Notes: a model not told the origin generated them from the letters alone. A stretch of 64,000 bases of DNA from Candidatus Sumerlaea chitinivorans (GCA_003290465.1 CP030759.1:1988572-2052571); one strand, 5' to 3'; shown: positions 18,733 to 31,931, numbered from the stretch's first letter. Numbers and translations: made by a program.

Positions 18733-19677
18733 TTACCGTCCGCTTTTTCGCGTCAAATGTGGTAGCTCGATCCGCGGGAATCGGGTTTGCTCGCGAAGTT
18801 GCAAGCATCGCTTCTCGATTTCCGAAGGCCGAAGCGCAGCCAAGCGGTTGAGCGAGAAGTCCTCGACCGTGAAGCTGGCCATGGCGGTTCCCACAATGAC
18901 GGCTTTGCGGAAGGTGCTTTCGTCCAAACGGCGTGCGCCTGCCAAATAGCCTAAGAAGCCACCCGCAAAGGTGTCGCCCGCGCCGGTGGGGTCCTTGATC
19001 ACTTCAAGGGGGAAGGCCGGGGCAGAGAAATACGAGCCGTTGCTAAACATTAGGCAGCCGTGCTCCCCCTTCTTGATAATTACTCGTTGCGGTCCGAGCT
19101 TCAGGATCTGACGTGCGGCGTTTTGCAGATTCGGCGTATCGCATAATTGGCGCGCCTCGGCGTCGTTGAGGAGCACCACGTGGCATCGGCGGATGACCTT
19201 TAGTAGCTGCTCCTGTTTACCTTCGATCCAGTAGTTCATGGTGTCCACAAGCGCAAGTCGTGGCTCGACAAGTTGCTCAAGGACTTCCAGCTGAAGATCC
19301 GGGTCAATGTTGCCAAGCAAGACGAAGGGATTCTTGCGCAGGGCGTCGGGGATCACGGGGTGAAAATCGGCAAAGACGTTGAGGCGCGTCTCCAACGTGT
19401 GCGCTTGATTCATGTCATACTGGTAGTATCCGCGCCAACGGAACGTTTTTCCATCGGGCTTCGTCTGCAAGCCAGAGAGGTCGATTCGGTGCCGCTCCAG
19501 AAGCCGCCGATACTCTGCGGGGAAATCACCACCTACTACAGCAACAATTGCCGGGCGCGCAAAATATGACGCCGAAACCGACGCGTAGGCGCAACTCCCA
19601 CCTAACGCCTCCACCACTTCGCCAAAAGGAGTGCGTACGTTATCGAGCGCCACACTCCCTACAATCACCAAACTCAT
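18733..19677 (-). CDS. PfkB-family carbohydrate/nucleoside kinase
   Basis: 314 aa. It has the C-terminal motif DPTGAGDTFAGGFL, which is the PfkB signature 2. Confidence 0.8.
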   Translation of the reverse strand: MSLVIVGSVALDNVRTPFGEVVEALGGSCAYASVSASYFARPAIVAVVGGDFPAEYRRLLERHRIDLSGLQTKPDGKTFRWRGYYQYDMNQAHTLETRLNVFADFHPVIPDALRKNPFVLLGNIDPDLQLEVLEQLVEPRLALVDTMNYWIEGKQEQLLKVIRRCHVVLLNDAEARQLCDTPNLQNAARQILKLGPQRVIIKKGEHGCLMFSNGSYFSAPAFPLEVIKDPTGAGDTFAGGFLGYLAGARRLDESTFRKAVIVGTAMASFTVEDFSLNRLAALRPSEIEKRCLQLREQTRFPRIELPHLTRKSGR

Positions 19678-20122
19678 TTAGAAGGCCGCTCCTCAAGGTT
19701 GTGCATCGCTACCCACGCATGCGTGACACGGCGCATGGGCAAGTCAAGCATCGATACACAGGAAAACATGGTGCATGCTGCGTCTCGTAGGAACTGCACT
19801 ATACTCTATCGGACGCTGTGCGCTTTTGTCCTTCCCAAAGTTTCTTAGGAACGATGACCTAATTTGGATCGCTTGTCCGGAAATCGCAGACTTCCCATTC
19901 GAGTGGAGCACGCGCAGGAGATTTCCGAGATCTCCTCCATGCACCTCTCGCGAATCCACTTTCCAAAAATTCCCTTGCCAGCGCCTGCCGAAGTCTTGAG
20001 CTTTGCATGGGATTGAGAATGGAGCGGCACTCCACGGGTAGCCGCTCTTCAGCGCCCGCTGCTCCAAAGAGGGCTGAGCGGCCAACACCATCGCCATTAC
20101 GTGGCTAAGGAGTGAGATTCGA

Positions 20123-20950
20123 GTGATGGCATTGCGCGACCAAATTCGTGAGGCAGTGGACTTTATTCGCACGAAGACGGCACTGGTTCCTGAGGTCGGC
20201 ATCATCTTGGGCACCGGTATGGGCGCCATGGCCAAAGAGGTGGAGTCGGATGTGGTGATCGACTACGGCGACATCCCACATTTCCCAGTGTCGACCGTTG
20301 AGTCGCACGCTGGAAAACTCCATCTTGGCACGTTGATGGGCAAGCGCGTGTTCATGATGCAGGGGCGCTTCCATTACTACGAAGGTTACACCATGCAGCA
20401 GATCACCTTCCCCGTGCGCGTGATGCGCGCTCTTGGCGCCCACACGCTCATCGTGATGAACGCAGTGGGCTCAATGAATCCGCTTATTCCTCCGGGGTCG
20501 CTCGTGCTTGTGCAGGACCACATCAACCTGATGGGGGATAACCCGCTCATCGGCCCAAACGACGATGAGCTCGGCCCCCGTTTCCCGGATATGAGCCAGC
20601 CATATTCGCGCGAACTTATTGCGCTTGCGGAACAAGTGGCCCTCGAAAAGCGAATCCCCAATGTTCATCGCGGGATTATGGTGGCTGTCACTGGGCCCAA
20701 CCTCGAAACGGCTGCTGAATACAGAATGTTCCAGCGCATCGGGGCGGATATTGTGACGATGAGTACGGTTCCTGAAGTGATCGTAGCCGTTCACGGGGGG
20801 ATGCGCGTTCTGGGCATCTCCACCGTCACGGACGCGTGCCTGCCGGATGCACTCAAGCCCGCAACCCTCGAAGAAATCCTGCGGGTGGCGGCTGAGGCGG
20901 AACCGCGTCTCTCCGCGCTTGTCAAAGGTGTTCTCGAGAAAATGCCCTGA
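20123..20950 (+). CDS. Purine nucleoside phosphorylase (PNP-I / PunA-type)
   Basis: 275 aa. It contains GIILGTGMG, GRFHYYEG and VGMSTVPEV-like motifs of the trimeric PNP family. Confidence 0.85.
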   Translation: MMALRDQIREAVDFIRTKTALVPEVGIILGTGMGAMAKEVESDVVIDYGDIPHFPVSTVESHAGKLHLGTLMGKRVFMMQGRFHYYEGYTMQQITFPVRVMRALGAHTLIVMNAVGSMNPLIPPGSLVLVQDHINLMGDNPLIGPNDDELGPRFPDMSQPYSRELIALAEQVALEKRIPNVHRGIMVAVTGPNLETAAEYRMFQRIGADIVTMSTVPEVIVAVHGGMRVLGISTVTDACLPDALKPATLEEILRVAAEAEPRLSALVKGVLEKMP

Positions 20951-21005
20951 TCCACTGGCAGACAGTGGAGCATGATTTCAAAAGGACAACGAAAGGAAAC
21001 AAACC

Positions 21006-21416
21006 ATGGCAGTCGAATTTGACATCGTGTATGATGGCAACCTGATCTGTCGAGCGGTCCACGGCCCATCGCGCCAGACGTTGACGACGGACGCGCCGAC
21101 GGACAACGGCGGTCGCGGGTCTGCATTTTCGCCCACAGATCTGGTGGCGACCGCTCTCGGCACTTGCATGCTTACCATCATGGGGCTCGTTGCCCAACGC
21201 CGAGGGTGGGACATTGCAGGCACCCAGTGCCACGTGGTGAAGGAAATGGTAGCAAACCCAGTGCGCCGCATCGGCCGGCTCCAGGTTCAGATTACTCTAC
21301 CCCCAAATCCAGAGCTTACGGACGAGGCCCGAGCCGCACTTCGTCAGGCAGCGCTTACGTGCCCAGTGAAGGAGAGCCTCCATCCGGACATCGAACTCGT
21401 TTTCGAAATGAAGTAA
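21006..21416 (+). CDS. OsmC/Ohr family peroxiredoxin-like protein
   Basis: 136 aa. Two conserved Cys lie in the ALGTCM and ALTCPV contexts. Confidence 0.8.
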   Translation: MAVEFDIVYDGNLICRAVHGPSRQTLTTDAPTDNGGRGSAFSPTDLVATALGTCMLTIMGLVAQRRGWDIAGTQCHVVKEMVANPVRRIGRLQVQITLPPNPELTDEARAALRQAALTCPVKESLHPDIELVFEMK

Positions 21417-21592
21417 GACGCTTGATGTGCCGCGGGAGCGGCACATCCATCCGTGTCCCCGATGCCGGGACCGAGTTGGGCGCAAACAGGTCTGAACTTT
21501 TCGCAGAATATCCTGAACCAATACTACGAGCAACGCCCCAGCCAAAGCGGAGCGACTACGTTCAGCGATGAATCTTCGACAAAGCGTAGGAC

Positions 21593-23602
21593 TCAGAGAT
21601 CCCCACCGTTCGGCGTCATCCAGGCCCGGATCGTGTTCGTGTCCAGATCAAGGTGTGCAAAAGCCTGCTGCTCACTGTAGGAGAGCAAGCCGAACGCTTC
21701 CTCCAGTGGGGTGTGCCCCTGTGCGGCTTTGATGAAAGCGGCTTCGCGCATCGAGAGATAGTTTCCGGTTTTCAACGCCACACGCCGTAGCTCCGCAGCA
21801 TTAAGCGCACTCAGGAGCGCATCGCGGATACTTGGATCGAGCAGAAGCATCTCAAAGACGCCGGTCCGACCATAAAACCCTAACTGATTGCAGGCGGGGC
21901 AGCCCATTCCGCGCATGAATTGCCAAGCATCCACGGTACTTCCTTTCACGTGGAATTCCGCAAAAATGTCCGGACGCGGATGGTAGGGTGCGCGGCACTG
22001 GGGACAATTCTGGCGCACGAGTCGTTGCGCCACTGAGGCTAAGCCCGTACTCGCAAGGAGATAATTGCGCAGTCCACGATCCATGATCCGCAATACAGCC
22101 CCAAACGCATCGTCCGCATGAATCGTTGAGAACACCTTATGGCCACTTTGCACGGCTTGAACCACGGCCTCGGCACTTTCGTCGTCCTTGATTTCCCCAA
22201 CGACAATGACGTCTGGGTCTTGCCGCATCATCACGCGGATTTTGTCGAGCATACCTTTCCCAGCGGTTGTACGAAGCTCACATTGCGAGATGCCCTCGAT
22301 GCTAAACTCGACGGGCTCCTCCAACGTGACGATTTTCATGTCGCTTCGGTTGAGGTAGTTTAGCGCGGCATAGAGTGAGGTCGTTTTGCCTGAACCCGTG
22401 GGGCCCGAGAAAAGAACCAAGCCCGCGGGCGAATCCAGAAACCGGCGAAAACGCATCAAGGCAGGACCTACCATTCCGAGATCGCCCAAATCCTTGAGTC
22501 CAATTTCGCGGGTCAGGGCACGGATAGTCACGGAACAACCGAAGACGGTCGGCAGAACAGAGACGCGCAGGTCGAAATCCGTATTGTCCACGTTCAGGAA
22601 AAAGTGCCCATCCACCACACTCGTCGTGTCCGAAACGTCCAGTCCAGCCAGCACCTTGATCCGGCGTACAATGCGCTCGCCCACATGTCCGGGGAGGTCG
22701 GTTTGGAAGGTCAGCTTTCCGTCGATGCGATAACGCACGCGAATCTTGCCTTTGAGCGACTCGATATGGATGTCGCTTGCTCGGCAGCGGATTGCGCTCG
22801 ACAACAAGTAGTCGAGGATGCTCACCGCCTGCCGCTCTGGGCCGGCTTCTGGGGGCGGCGGAGCCCCAACGTACCGACGAACTCCGCTACGTCCCGCTTC
22901 TTCGACCCGCGTCTGGGTCTCGGCGCGCGTCGAATATTGATATTGGTCCAGTAGGACTTCCTTGAGCACTTGGCGAATGGCTGACCTCGGACCAATCGCC
23001 AAGTCAAAGTTCCCCTTAGTGTATTGCTCAATTTTCGCGATCGCCGCTTGATCCTCGGGGTTGGGGATCAGGACGGTGACCGTGTCGCCATCCATAAACA
23101 ACGGCAGAATGGTGTGTTCGCGAAGAACGGCGTCCGGGAAGAGCTTGAGCAGCACTCGGTCAACCAACCGCCGATTGGGGACGATGTAAGGAAAGTCCAG
23201 TTGCTCGCTTAGGGCTTGGGCGAGCTGTTCTTCCGTAATCACCCCCTTGGCGACGAGAATTTCCCCGAGCGGTTTTGCGCTGAGCGCTTGCTCAGCAAGC
23301 GCCTCCTGCAGTTGCTGTTCAGTGATCAGACCGCTTTCGAGGAGGATTTGCCCAAGGGGCACCCGAAGTTTATGGCGGCGGGCAACCTCGCGAAGTTGCC
23401 GTTTGGTCACGTAGCCGAGGTCTACGAGAATCTCGGTGAGCCTCTTTTTTTGCCCCGGCTGATTGGCAACTTCGATCGCATAATGAAGCTGATTCTCGGT
23501 TATCAGCCCTTCTTGGAGCAGAATACGACCTATGGCCTGCGATTGCTGCTGTAGACTGGGTTTGTCCATTGCTTCTTCCTCATCGCTTCGCACATGCCCC
23601 AC
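21593..23602 (-). CDS. Type II secretion / type IV pilus assembly ATPase (GspE/PilB family) with three tandem N-terminal MshEN-like repeats
   Basis: 669 aa. It has Walker A GPTGSGKTT, a C-terminal tetracysteine (CPQC...CPAC), and three N-terminal repeats of the form ILxxxGxITExQL. Confidence 0.85.
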   Translation of the reverse strand: MGHVRSDEEEAMDKPSLQQQSQAIGRILLQEGLITENQLHYAIEVANQPGQKKRLTEILVDLGYVTKRQLREVARRHKLRVPLGQILLESGLITEQQLQEALAEQALSAKPLGEILVAKGVITEEQLAQALSEQLDFPYIVPNRRLVDRVLLKLFPDAVLREHTILPLFMDGDTVTVLIPNPEDQAAIAKIEQYTKGNFDLAIGPRSAIRQVLKEVLLDQYQYSTRAETQTRVEEAGRSGVRRYVGAPPPPEAGPERQAVSILDYLLSSAIRCRASDIHIESLKGKIRVRYRIDGKLTFQTDLPGHVGERIVRRIKVLAGLDVSDTTSVVDGHFFLNVDNTDFDLRVSVLPTVFGCSVTIRALTREIGLKDLGDLGMVGPALMRFRRFLDSPAGLVLFSGPTGSGKTTSLYAALNYLNRSDMKIVTLEEPVEFSIEGISQCELRTTAGKGMLDKIRVMMRQDPDVIVVGEIKDDESAEAVVQAVQSGHKVFSTIHADDAFGAVLRIMDRGLRNYLLASTGLASVAQRLVRQNCPQCRAPYHPRPDIFAEFHVKGSTVDAWQFMRGMGCPACNQLGFYGRTGVFEMLLLDPSIRDALLSALNAAELRRVALKTGNYLSMREAAFIKAAQGHTPLEEAFGLLSYSEQQAFAHLDLDTNTIRAWMTPNGGDL

Positions 23603-23855
23603 AGGCTATTGGACAGTCCGTCCCTAACCCTCTCTTTGCGTACCTTTGGGTGCGCACACAGATCACCAGCTACCCGTAGTTGTTTGACACAGCTTTCTTG
23701 CTATTTTCAAGTCGCTTGAAGAGCTTCTCGCATCACGTTGCGCTCGCCCGTGCTGGAGGCTTCCAACACGGACCTTGAGGCACAGCGGTGCTTTTGGAAG
23801 CGCTTGAGCCCACTGTTGTCCCATGATTTCGGCGGGCAAGACCACCCCGTCGCCC

Positions 23856-26018
<2,163 letters not shown>

Positions 26019-26174
26019 TTAGGCATGAGCGGCTACGCAGGCAAGCTTTGAGTGCGATGCAAGTATATCATCGACCTCTTATGCGCAGGAGCGAGCGCGA
26101 GCCGACTGCATGAAAGATGCCCCACGTCGGCCAACGAGAGACTCGTTTGGGTAACGGCGCCCCTGGCGTCCAAC

Positions 26175-28430
26175 CTAATTCCCGTGCGGCTCCTGACACC
26201 CACCGAGCGGCATGACCGAGCTCATTTCGACGTGGCTCGTCGTCACGGGGACCATCAGTCCTGCATCTACGGTTACAATGTCGCCAGCGTTCGCAACCGT
26301 AACGGGGAGGCGCGTGGTCCTGAAGCCAGTTTTTTCCACCCGCAGGGTGTAATTGCCCGGCGGGACATCCAGAATGCCATACCAGCCCATCCCATCTGTG
26401 ACCGTAGCGCTTCCGGGGAGCTCCTCCAGCATCACCGTGGCGTGGTCTACTGGAGTTGCTCCATATAGGACGTTGCCTTCTACGATTCCTGTGTTCGGCG
26501 CAACCTTCCATGCGGGCACGGGGGGATCCACCCACGTCGGATACACTTGCGCGCTCAGCGCACTATAGAATTGGGCACGTGTCTCACCGGAGGTGCTTCC
26601 CTGCACTTCGCTTCCCCAGTCATAGATATTGAGGCCAGCGGCCCCTTGCTGACGCGCGTACAAGAGTTGGTTCATTGAGTTCTGGATGCTGGTTTGCAAG
26701 TAGGCACCAATGCCGATGATACTGCCGCGCCCCGAGTCATTCGCCAAGGACCAGTTGGTCCAGCCCTGGTATCGGGCATTGTCCGTGGCGTAATTCATGA
26801 GCGCGTTGTAGTCGAGATAGTGGTTGCGCAACCAGCCGACCCAATCCTGAAAAACGCCTGCATAAGCGCTGGACGTAGGCCACGTCGACTCCGTGTAGTT
26901 GGATCCCCAGTTCACCGTACAAGCCGTGAGTACGACGTGTGGCTTGATTTTCCACGCTTTCACGTAAAGCTTCTTAACCTCAAGCGAAACGCATTCGCGG
27001 CGCCAATTCGCCCAATCCGGATCGCTGGACGAAGGAGTGCCAGACTTGCCGTACACCGCATTGAAGCGCGCCACGCTCACCGGATTGTACCCCCATGGGC
27101 CCGTGGTTTCCGGGTAGCGGATGTAGTCGAGATTGATGCCGTCAATGTCGTACTTCTGCAGACAATCCAAGATCACCGCAATGTTCCACTCGACGGTGCC
27201 TGGATGCCCGGGGTCGAGAAAGCGATTGGTACTGTCCGTGGAACCATCGGCCTTGAGCATCTCATATTCCGGATGCTGGACGAGGACGTGCGACGTATCG
27301 AGCGTTTCGCCTTTTGAAATGCGGTGCATCACAAACCACGCATGCACCTGAAGGCGTTTCTTTCCGCCACTTGTATCGTGAGCAATTTGCAACAAGTAGC
27401 CTAGCGGATCGAAAGTCGGGCCGCCCGAGATATTCGTCGCACGGGGCTCGAGGGACGACGCGTAGTAAGCATCTCCAATTTTACGAACCTCGGGAATAAT
27501 CGTGTTGATATTGTTTGCGCGGCACGTGTTCACAAGGTCCTCCGCCTGCGCCTGATTGAGGAAGCTCGCATTCCATGAGTCCGCCCAGATGCATCGCCAC
27601 TCCGCTGGGGCTGTCGTGGCCACATAGTAACTTTGTACGGTAGAGGTCGTGGCCGCTCCTTCATTGTCCACAGCACTGAGGCAGTAGCTAACGGTGCGAT
27701 TGATGGGCACAGGGGGAATGGTTGCACCGTAGACGTGGTCACCAGCGGCGCCGTCGCCGTGCGCTCCATCGTCATGCATCTGGAGTGTCGTTGTAGTACC
27801 TCCCGGCGGCGCGATAGAATAATGCAGGAAGGCAGCTGCCACCGTCGTGTCGTCGGTGATCTGGGCCGTCACAACCACCGAATCCTGCGCAACGGGTCGC
27901 GCGGGGTTGCGAGTCACATTTGAAATGGTTGGCGCGGTGTTCCCAAGGGAGACAGGGCGCCAAATGATGCAGTCCGCAATATACACGCCTGAGGCCCCTG
28001 TGTTATCCATTCGCACGCTCCCTACGGTGCCTGCTGGGAAGGGGTAGGTGCCAAGCGACACGGTCACGACCTGATTCGTACCGTACTGGTTCAGGCTCAC
28101 CACGGTGGTCCCGCTTGCATAAGTGATCGTCATCGGGGCATTCGTGGTGCGGTTCGTACTTCGGCGAAACGCCGCAAGCACCTCGTAGGTCCCGGAGGAG
28201 GGTAGGTTCGGGCGCCACACGCAGTAGCTTGGTGGGTCCGTGCTATTCATATATTGGTAGGTGCCAATGTAGCCGCTTGTCGTGCTTTGGTACCACGTTC
28301 CGACCTTGGTGAAAGCGGGCTCGCCGTCGTCGTCGTTCACGACGATGTCCTGACACACTGCGGTGACGGCAATGCCAAAAGCCCACACGGTGATGAGTAA
28401 ACCGCGTCGCATTTCCTTACCCCTTCCCAC
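26175..28430 (-). CDS. Secreted glycoside-hydrolase-like family 10 (GHL10/DUF187) protein with a C-terminal carboxypeptidase-regulatory-like domain
   Basis: 751 aa. It has a signal peptide (MRRGLLITVWAFGIAVTAV) and a central TIM-barrel-like region (IWADSWN...GINLDYIRYP). The C-terminal beta-sandwich reads GNYTLRVEKTGF. Confidence 0.65.
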   Translation of the reverse strand: MGRGKEMRRGLLITVWAFGIAVTAVCQDIVVNDDDGEPAFTKVGTWYQSTTSGYIGTYQYMNSTDPPSYCVWRPNLPSSGTYEVLAAFRRSTNRTTNAPMTITYASGTTVVSLNQYGTNQVVTVSLGTYPFPAGTVGSVRMDNTGASGVYIADCIIWRPVSLGNTAPTISNVTRNPARPVAQDSVVVTAQITDDTTVAAAFLHYSIAPPGGTTTTLQMHDDGAHGDGAAGDHVYGATIPPVPINRTVSYCLSAVDNEGAATTSTVQSYYVATTAPAEWRCIWADSWNASFLNQAQAEDLVNTCRANNINTIIPEVRKIGDAYYASSLEPRATNISGGPTFDPLGYLLQIAHDTSGGKKRLQVHAWFVMHRISKGETLDTSHVLVQHPEYEMLKADGSTDSTNRFLDPGHPGTVEWNIAVILDCLQKYDIDGINLDYIRYPETTGPWGYNPVSVARFNAVYGKSGTPSSSDPDWANWRRECVSLEVKKLYVKAWKIKPHVVLTACTVNWGSNYTESTWPTSSAYAGVFQDWVGWLRNHYLDYNALMNYATDNARYQGWTNWSLANDSGRGSIIGIGAYLQTSIQNSMNQLLYARQQGAAGLNIYDWGSEVQGSTSGETRAQFYSALSAQVYPTWVDPPVPAWKVAPNTGIVEGNVLYGATPVDHATVMLEELPGSATVTDGMGWYGILDVPPGNYTLRVEKTGFRTTRLPVTVANAGDIVTVDAGLMVPVTTSHVEMSSVMPLGGCQEPHGN

Positions 28431-28552
28431 GCCTGTTCGACCAAGCGTTTCGCCGTCTTCAGGTCAGAGTCCATCGCCCCAACGCGACAAAGGCAAGGCA
28501 AGAGTTTGGACGCGTGAACTCAACTGCCGCCGAAGACACCCAGCCGCCAGTC

Positions 28553-29542
28553 TCAGCGCCGCGTGAAAAATCCCTGCAGCCACGAGGAACTCGCGAGAGC
28601 AGAGCCAAATTCCGAGATTGGCTGCTGCGGAACATCTGCAAAATCGCTCGGTTGAAGGTCGACAAATTCGAGGCGGCTGGCGAGCGTGGGAGCAACCTCG
28701 AGAGCCCGCTGAGCCGTCGTGCGATCGAGCCACAAGCCCCCAAACAGTTGCCGACGCACAGGCCGACCGGCGGCGTCCACCCAGCTGGTGCTGACAAAAT
28801 CGTTAAGTCGGCTCTCGACGCGCCATGCTTGAATCTCGCCGTCGGGAAGCCGCAAAGTTTCGATGTCCCCTACCGTGATCTCCAAGACCCCGATTTGCAT
28901 GCTCCAGAGCGGATCCATGACAGGCACGCGGAAACTCGCGCCAGAGCGAATCTCGGCCGTGCGCAGGGCTAAGGGACGAACAACCTCAGCAAGCGAAATC
29001 GGCTGCTCGAGTTTGAAACGCAAGCGGGTGCGCTCCTCGCCCCGGCGTAACTCTAAAAAGAGTTCTCGGTCGGAGGAGATGAGACCGTTCATTGCAAAAT
29101 CCGCGCCCAAAATGCGGCCGAGAAGACGAAACCGGTTGAGAACCAGATCCGCATTGAGTTCGGCGAGCGCCGAAAGGGTGATCCCACCCGCACCCCCAAG
29201 TGGTCGTGGCTGCGCCTCTAAATGAAGTTCCAGAAGATATCGCGGGGTCGGAGATTGCTCACGGGTAATACTTGTGCCCATGGCCCCCACGGTTGCCCCC
29301 TGCCAAACCAAGAGGGCGTACTCGGAGTAGTCGCGCCACGTTCGTGCGATCGCGGCCGGCGCGAGGGGCGAATCGTCACCCACCACCAAGCCGCGGGATT
29401 TGCCAAGCTCGCGGTAGGCAAGCGAAGCCATCATGACAAGCCAAAACACTACGACGGCGATTGTGTAAACGCGCCGCGCATTCGAACGCTTCGTAGGTAG
29501 TGACACGCCCGTTCCATTCTCCGAATCCTCACTGGTAAGCAA
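28553..29542 (-). CDS. Hypothetical protein with an N-terminal TM anchor
   Basis: 329 aa. It has a hydrophobic segment (VYTIAVVVFWLVMMASLAY) and no recognisable motifs. Confidence 0.45.
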   Translation of the reverse strand: MLTSEDSENGTGVSLPTKRSNARRVYTIAVVVFWLVMMASLAYRELGKSRGLVVGDDSPLAPAAIARTWRDYSEYALLVWQGATVGAMGTSITREQSPTPRYLLELHLEAQPRPLGGAGGITLSALAELNADLVLNRFRLLGRILGADFAMNGLISSDRELFLELRRGEERTRLRFKLEQPISLAEVVRPLALRTAEIRSGASFRVPVMDPLWSMQIGVLEITVGDIETLRLPDGEIQAWRVESRLNDFVSTSWVDAAGRPVRRQLFGGLWLDRTTAQRALEVAPTLASRLEFVDLQPSDFADVPQQPISEFGSALASSSWLQGFFTRR

Positions 29543-29737
29543 GTAGAGAGTGACGCCCTCGCCGCTGAGGGGAAAAGCGAGACGGAGGAGTATGGCGATG
29601 GCCCCACGAGACGCCCTCCGCGCGGATCCAGAAAGTTCTACGCAACGTGAGGTAGCTTGATGCGTCGAATGCTAAATGAACCATCTGCCCCTCTCCTCAG
29701 AAATGTCCTCAGAATCCGCATCACCCTCTTGCGGTAA

Positions 29738-30346
29738 TTGCGTTGTGAGATGAATCCCGAAAAAGCTCGACTTCGCGCGGAATACCGCGCACTCCGTGCC
29801 AAGCTTTCGCCAGAAGAAGTCGCGAAGGCCGGCGAGCAGGTGACAGCGCGGTTGCGCGAACTCGAGGTCCTACGCTCTGCCCGAACGGTGTTTAGTTACG
29901 TCGAGTTTGGGCGTGAGGTCCCGACGCGACCCATCCTCCGGGAACTTCTTCAAGCGGGAAAACTCGTCGTGGCCCCAGCCCACGACCGGCTCTTGGATCA
30001 ATATCGTTGCTTCCATTTTCTGTCGCTGGGGGATCCACTGCTCGAGGGGGCGCGGCCAGACGAGGACACGCCGGATACGTGTGACCTCTTCGAGATTCGC
30101 GATGCCCAAGTTTTTCTGGTCCCCGGCCTTGTGTGGGACGAGCGAGGGTGGCGCATCGGCTTCGGCGGTGGCTACTTTGACCGGATTCTTGCTCAGCGCA
30201 GCCCCAATTCCGTGGCGATCGGGCTTGCCTACGAGTTCCAAATTATTCCGCGCATCCCGCTGGATCCTTGGGATCGTGCGGTCGACCTTATCGTGACTCC
30301 CGAGCGGGTCATTCTCACTGCCCCGAACGTTTCGTTCGGACGATAA
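29738..30346 (+). CDS. 5-formyltetrahydrofolate cyclo-ligase
   Basis: 202 aa. The central motifs LVVAPAHDR and GFGGGYFDR are the 5-FCL signature. Confidence 0.8.
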   Translation: MRCEMNPEKARLRAEYRALRAKLSPEEVAKAGEQVTARLRELEVLRSARTVFSYVEFGREVPTRPILRELLQAGKLVVAPAHDRLLDQYRCFHFLSLGDPLLEGARPDEDTPDTCDLFEIRDAQVFLVPGLVWDERGWRIGFGGGYFDRILAQRSPNSVAIGLAYEFQIIPRIPLDPWDRAVDLIVTPERVILTAPNVSFGR

Positions 30347-30605
30347 GAAGCCGGGTCACTTGGCAAATCTTGCGTCTTTTTGGTTTGCGATCCTCAACGC
30401 GGGAGCGTTTCCGTAAAGCTACCTTCCTCGTCCAGCTTTGCAGCGCGTTGCTCATCACTCGAGCCGCTCAAAGAGTGCAAGACCGTCTTTCAAGTTGCGG
30501 CACAGCTGACGATAGGACAAAAAGGCAATGGTTGCAAGAGGTCAGTGGGTGGGGTCGCCCTCCCCTGCTCCTCGGCAATAGCCCACAAACCATGGGAGGA
30601 GAAGG

Positions 30606-31883
30606 ATGAAGACCGAACCGACGCGTTGTCCCCACTTTTGCCGCGTGATGCGCTATGGAATGGCGGCCCTGGTGTTCGCACTTGCAACGCAGGTGCCTGT
30701 TGTGGCAGAATCTAAGAAGATGGATCGGCGCGAAGCGGAAGCACTTTTGGAAGAGCAAGTTCAGGAGCTCCTTGAGAAGGTTCGTGGCAAACGGGTCGCT
30801 CTTGTGACGAACCCAACGGGAGTGGATGGCAACTTTCGCATGCTTGCGGACCGCATCCGTGACGATGCGAAGACGACGGTTGTGGCTTTCTTTGCTCCGG
30901 AGCACGGACTGCGGGGAGATGCACAAGCCGGCGCCAAGATTGTGGATTACGTGGATCCGATCACAAGCGTGCCGGTTTACTCGCTTTATGGTCAGCGGCC
31001 CGCCCCCACGCCCGAGCAGCTTGAGGGCGTCGAGATCTTGGTCTTCGACATTCAGGATGTTGGAGCCCGCTTCTACACGTACAATTGGACCATGACGCAT
31101 GCCATGCAGGCGGCTGCGCGCGCAAAAATCCCGTTCGTGGTTTTTGACCGCCCCAATCCGATCGGGGCGGACAAAGTCGAAGGAGCTCCCAACACTTCCG
31201 ATGTCGGCCTTATCGGACGGGTTTTCCCGGGTCAGCCGTTCGGAGTGGCTACGCGCCACGGCCTGACGATCGGCGAGCTGGCCACTCTGGTCAATGCCGA
31301 GTGGCTGCAAGAGAAAGCGGATCTGACGGTGATCCGCATGCGTGGATACCGACGGAATATGACCTACGATCAAACGGGACGCTTTTGGATCCCGCCGTCG
31401 CCCAATATGCCGACCCTCGAGACGGCCATGGTTTACCCGGGGATGTGTGTGTTCGAGGGGACAAATCTGAGCGAAGGGCGTGGTACCACGAAACCATTCG
31501 AGACGGTCGGCGCACCTTTTATCCGACCCGAAGAGGTTGTCGCGGCTCTCAAGCGTAAAGACCTGCCGGGAGTACGTTTCCGTCCCACTTTTTTCACTCC
31601 ACTCTTCAGCAAGTGGCAGGGGCAACTCTGCGGAGGCGTACAGGTCTATATCACGGATCGCGAGTCGTTCCGTCCCGTGCATACAGGTCTTGTCGTTCTG
31701 AAAACGCTTATTGAGCTCTACAGCCCCAAGGTCGAGGTGACCCCATTTGCTTCGAAGCTCATGGGAGTGCCGGATTTCCACACCCGCATTCGCACCGAAA
31801 GCGTGGAAGCAATCGAGGCAACTTGGGCCGACAACCTTAAGCGTTACGAGGCCTTGCGCGCGAAGCACCTGCTGTACGAGTGA
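30606..31883 (+). CDS. DUF1343-family protein (exo-beta-N-acetylmuramidase NamZ-like) with a signal peptide
   Basis: 425 aa. It starts VALVTNPTGVD..., contains FAPEHGLRG, and continues ...VFDIQDVGARFYTY. Confidence 0.75.
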   Translation: MKTEPTRCPHFCRVMRYGMAALVFALATQVPVVAESKKMDRREAEALLEEQVQELLEKVRGKRVALVTNPTGVDGNFRMLADRIRDDAKTTVVAFFAPEHGLRGDAQAGAKIVDYVDPITSVPVYSLYGQRPAPTPEQLEGVEILVFDIQDVGARFYTYNWTMTHAMQAAARAKIPFVVFDRPNPIGADKVEGAPNTSDVGLIGRVFPGQPFGVATRHGLTIGELATLVNAEWLQEKADLTVIRMRGYRRNMTYDQTGRFWIPPSPNMPTLETAMVYPGMCVFEGTNLSEGRGTTKPFETVGAPFIRPEEVVAALKRKDLPGVRFRPTFFTPLFSKWQGQLCGGVQVYITDRESFRPVHTGLVVLKTLIELYSPKVEVTPFASKLMGVPDFHTRIRTESVEAIEATWADNLKRYEALRAKHLLYE

Positions 31884-31931
31884 CGTAAGGTGTCTTTCGG
31901 GGCGCGTCGCCACCTCAGTTGCCCGCGGAAA

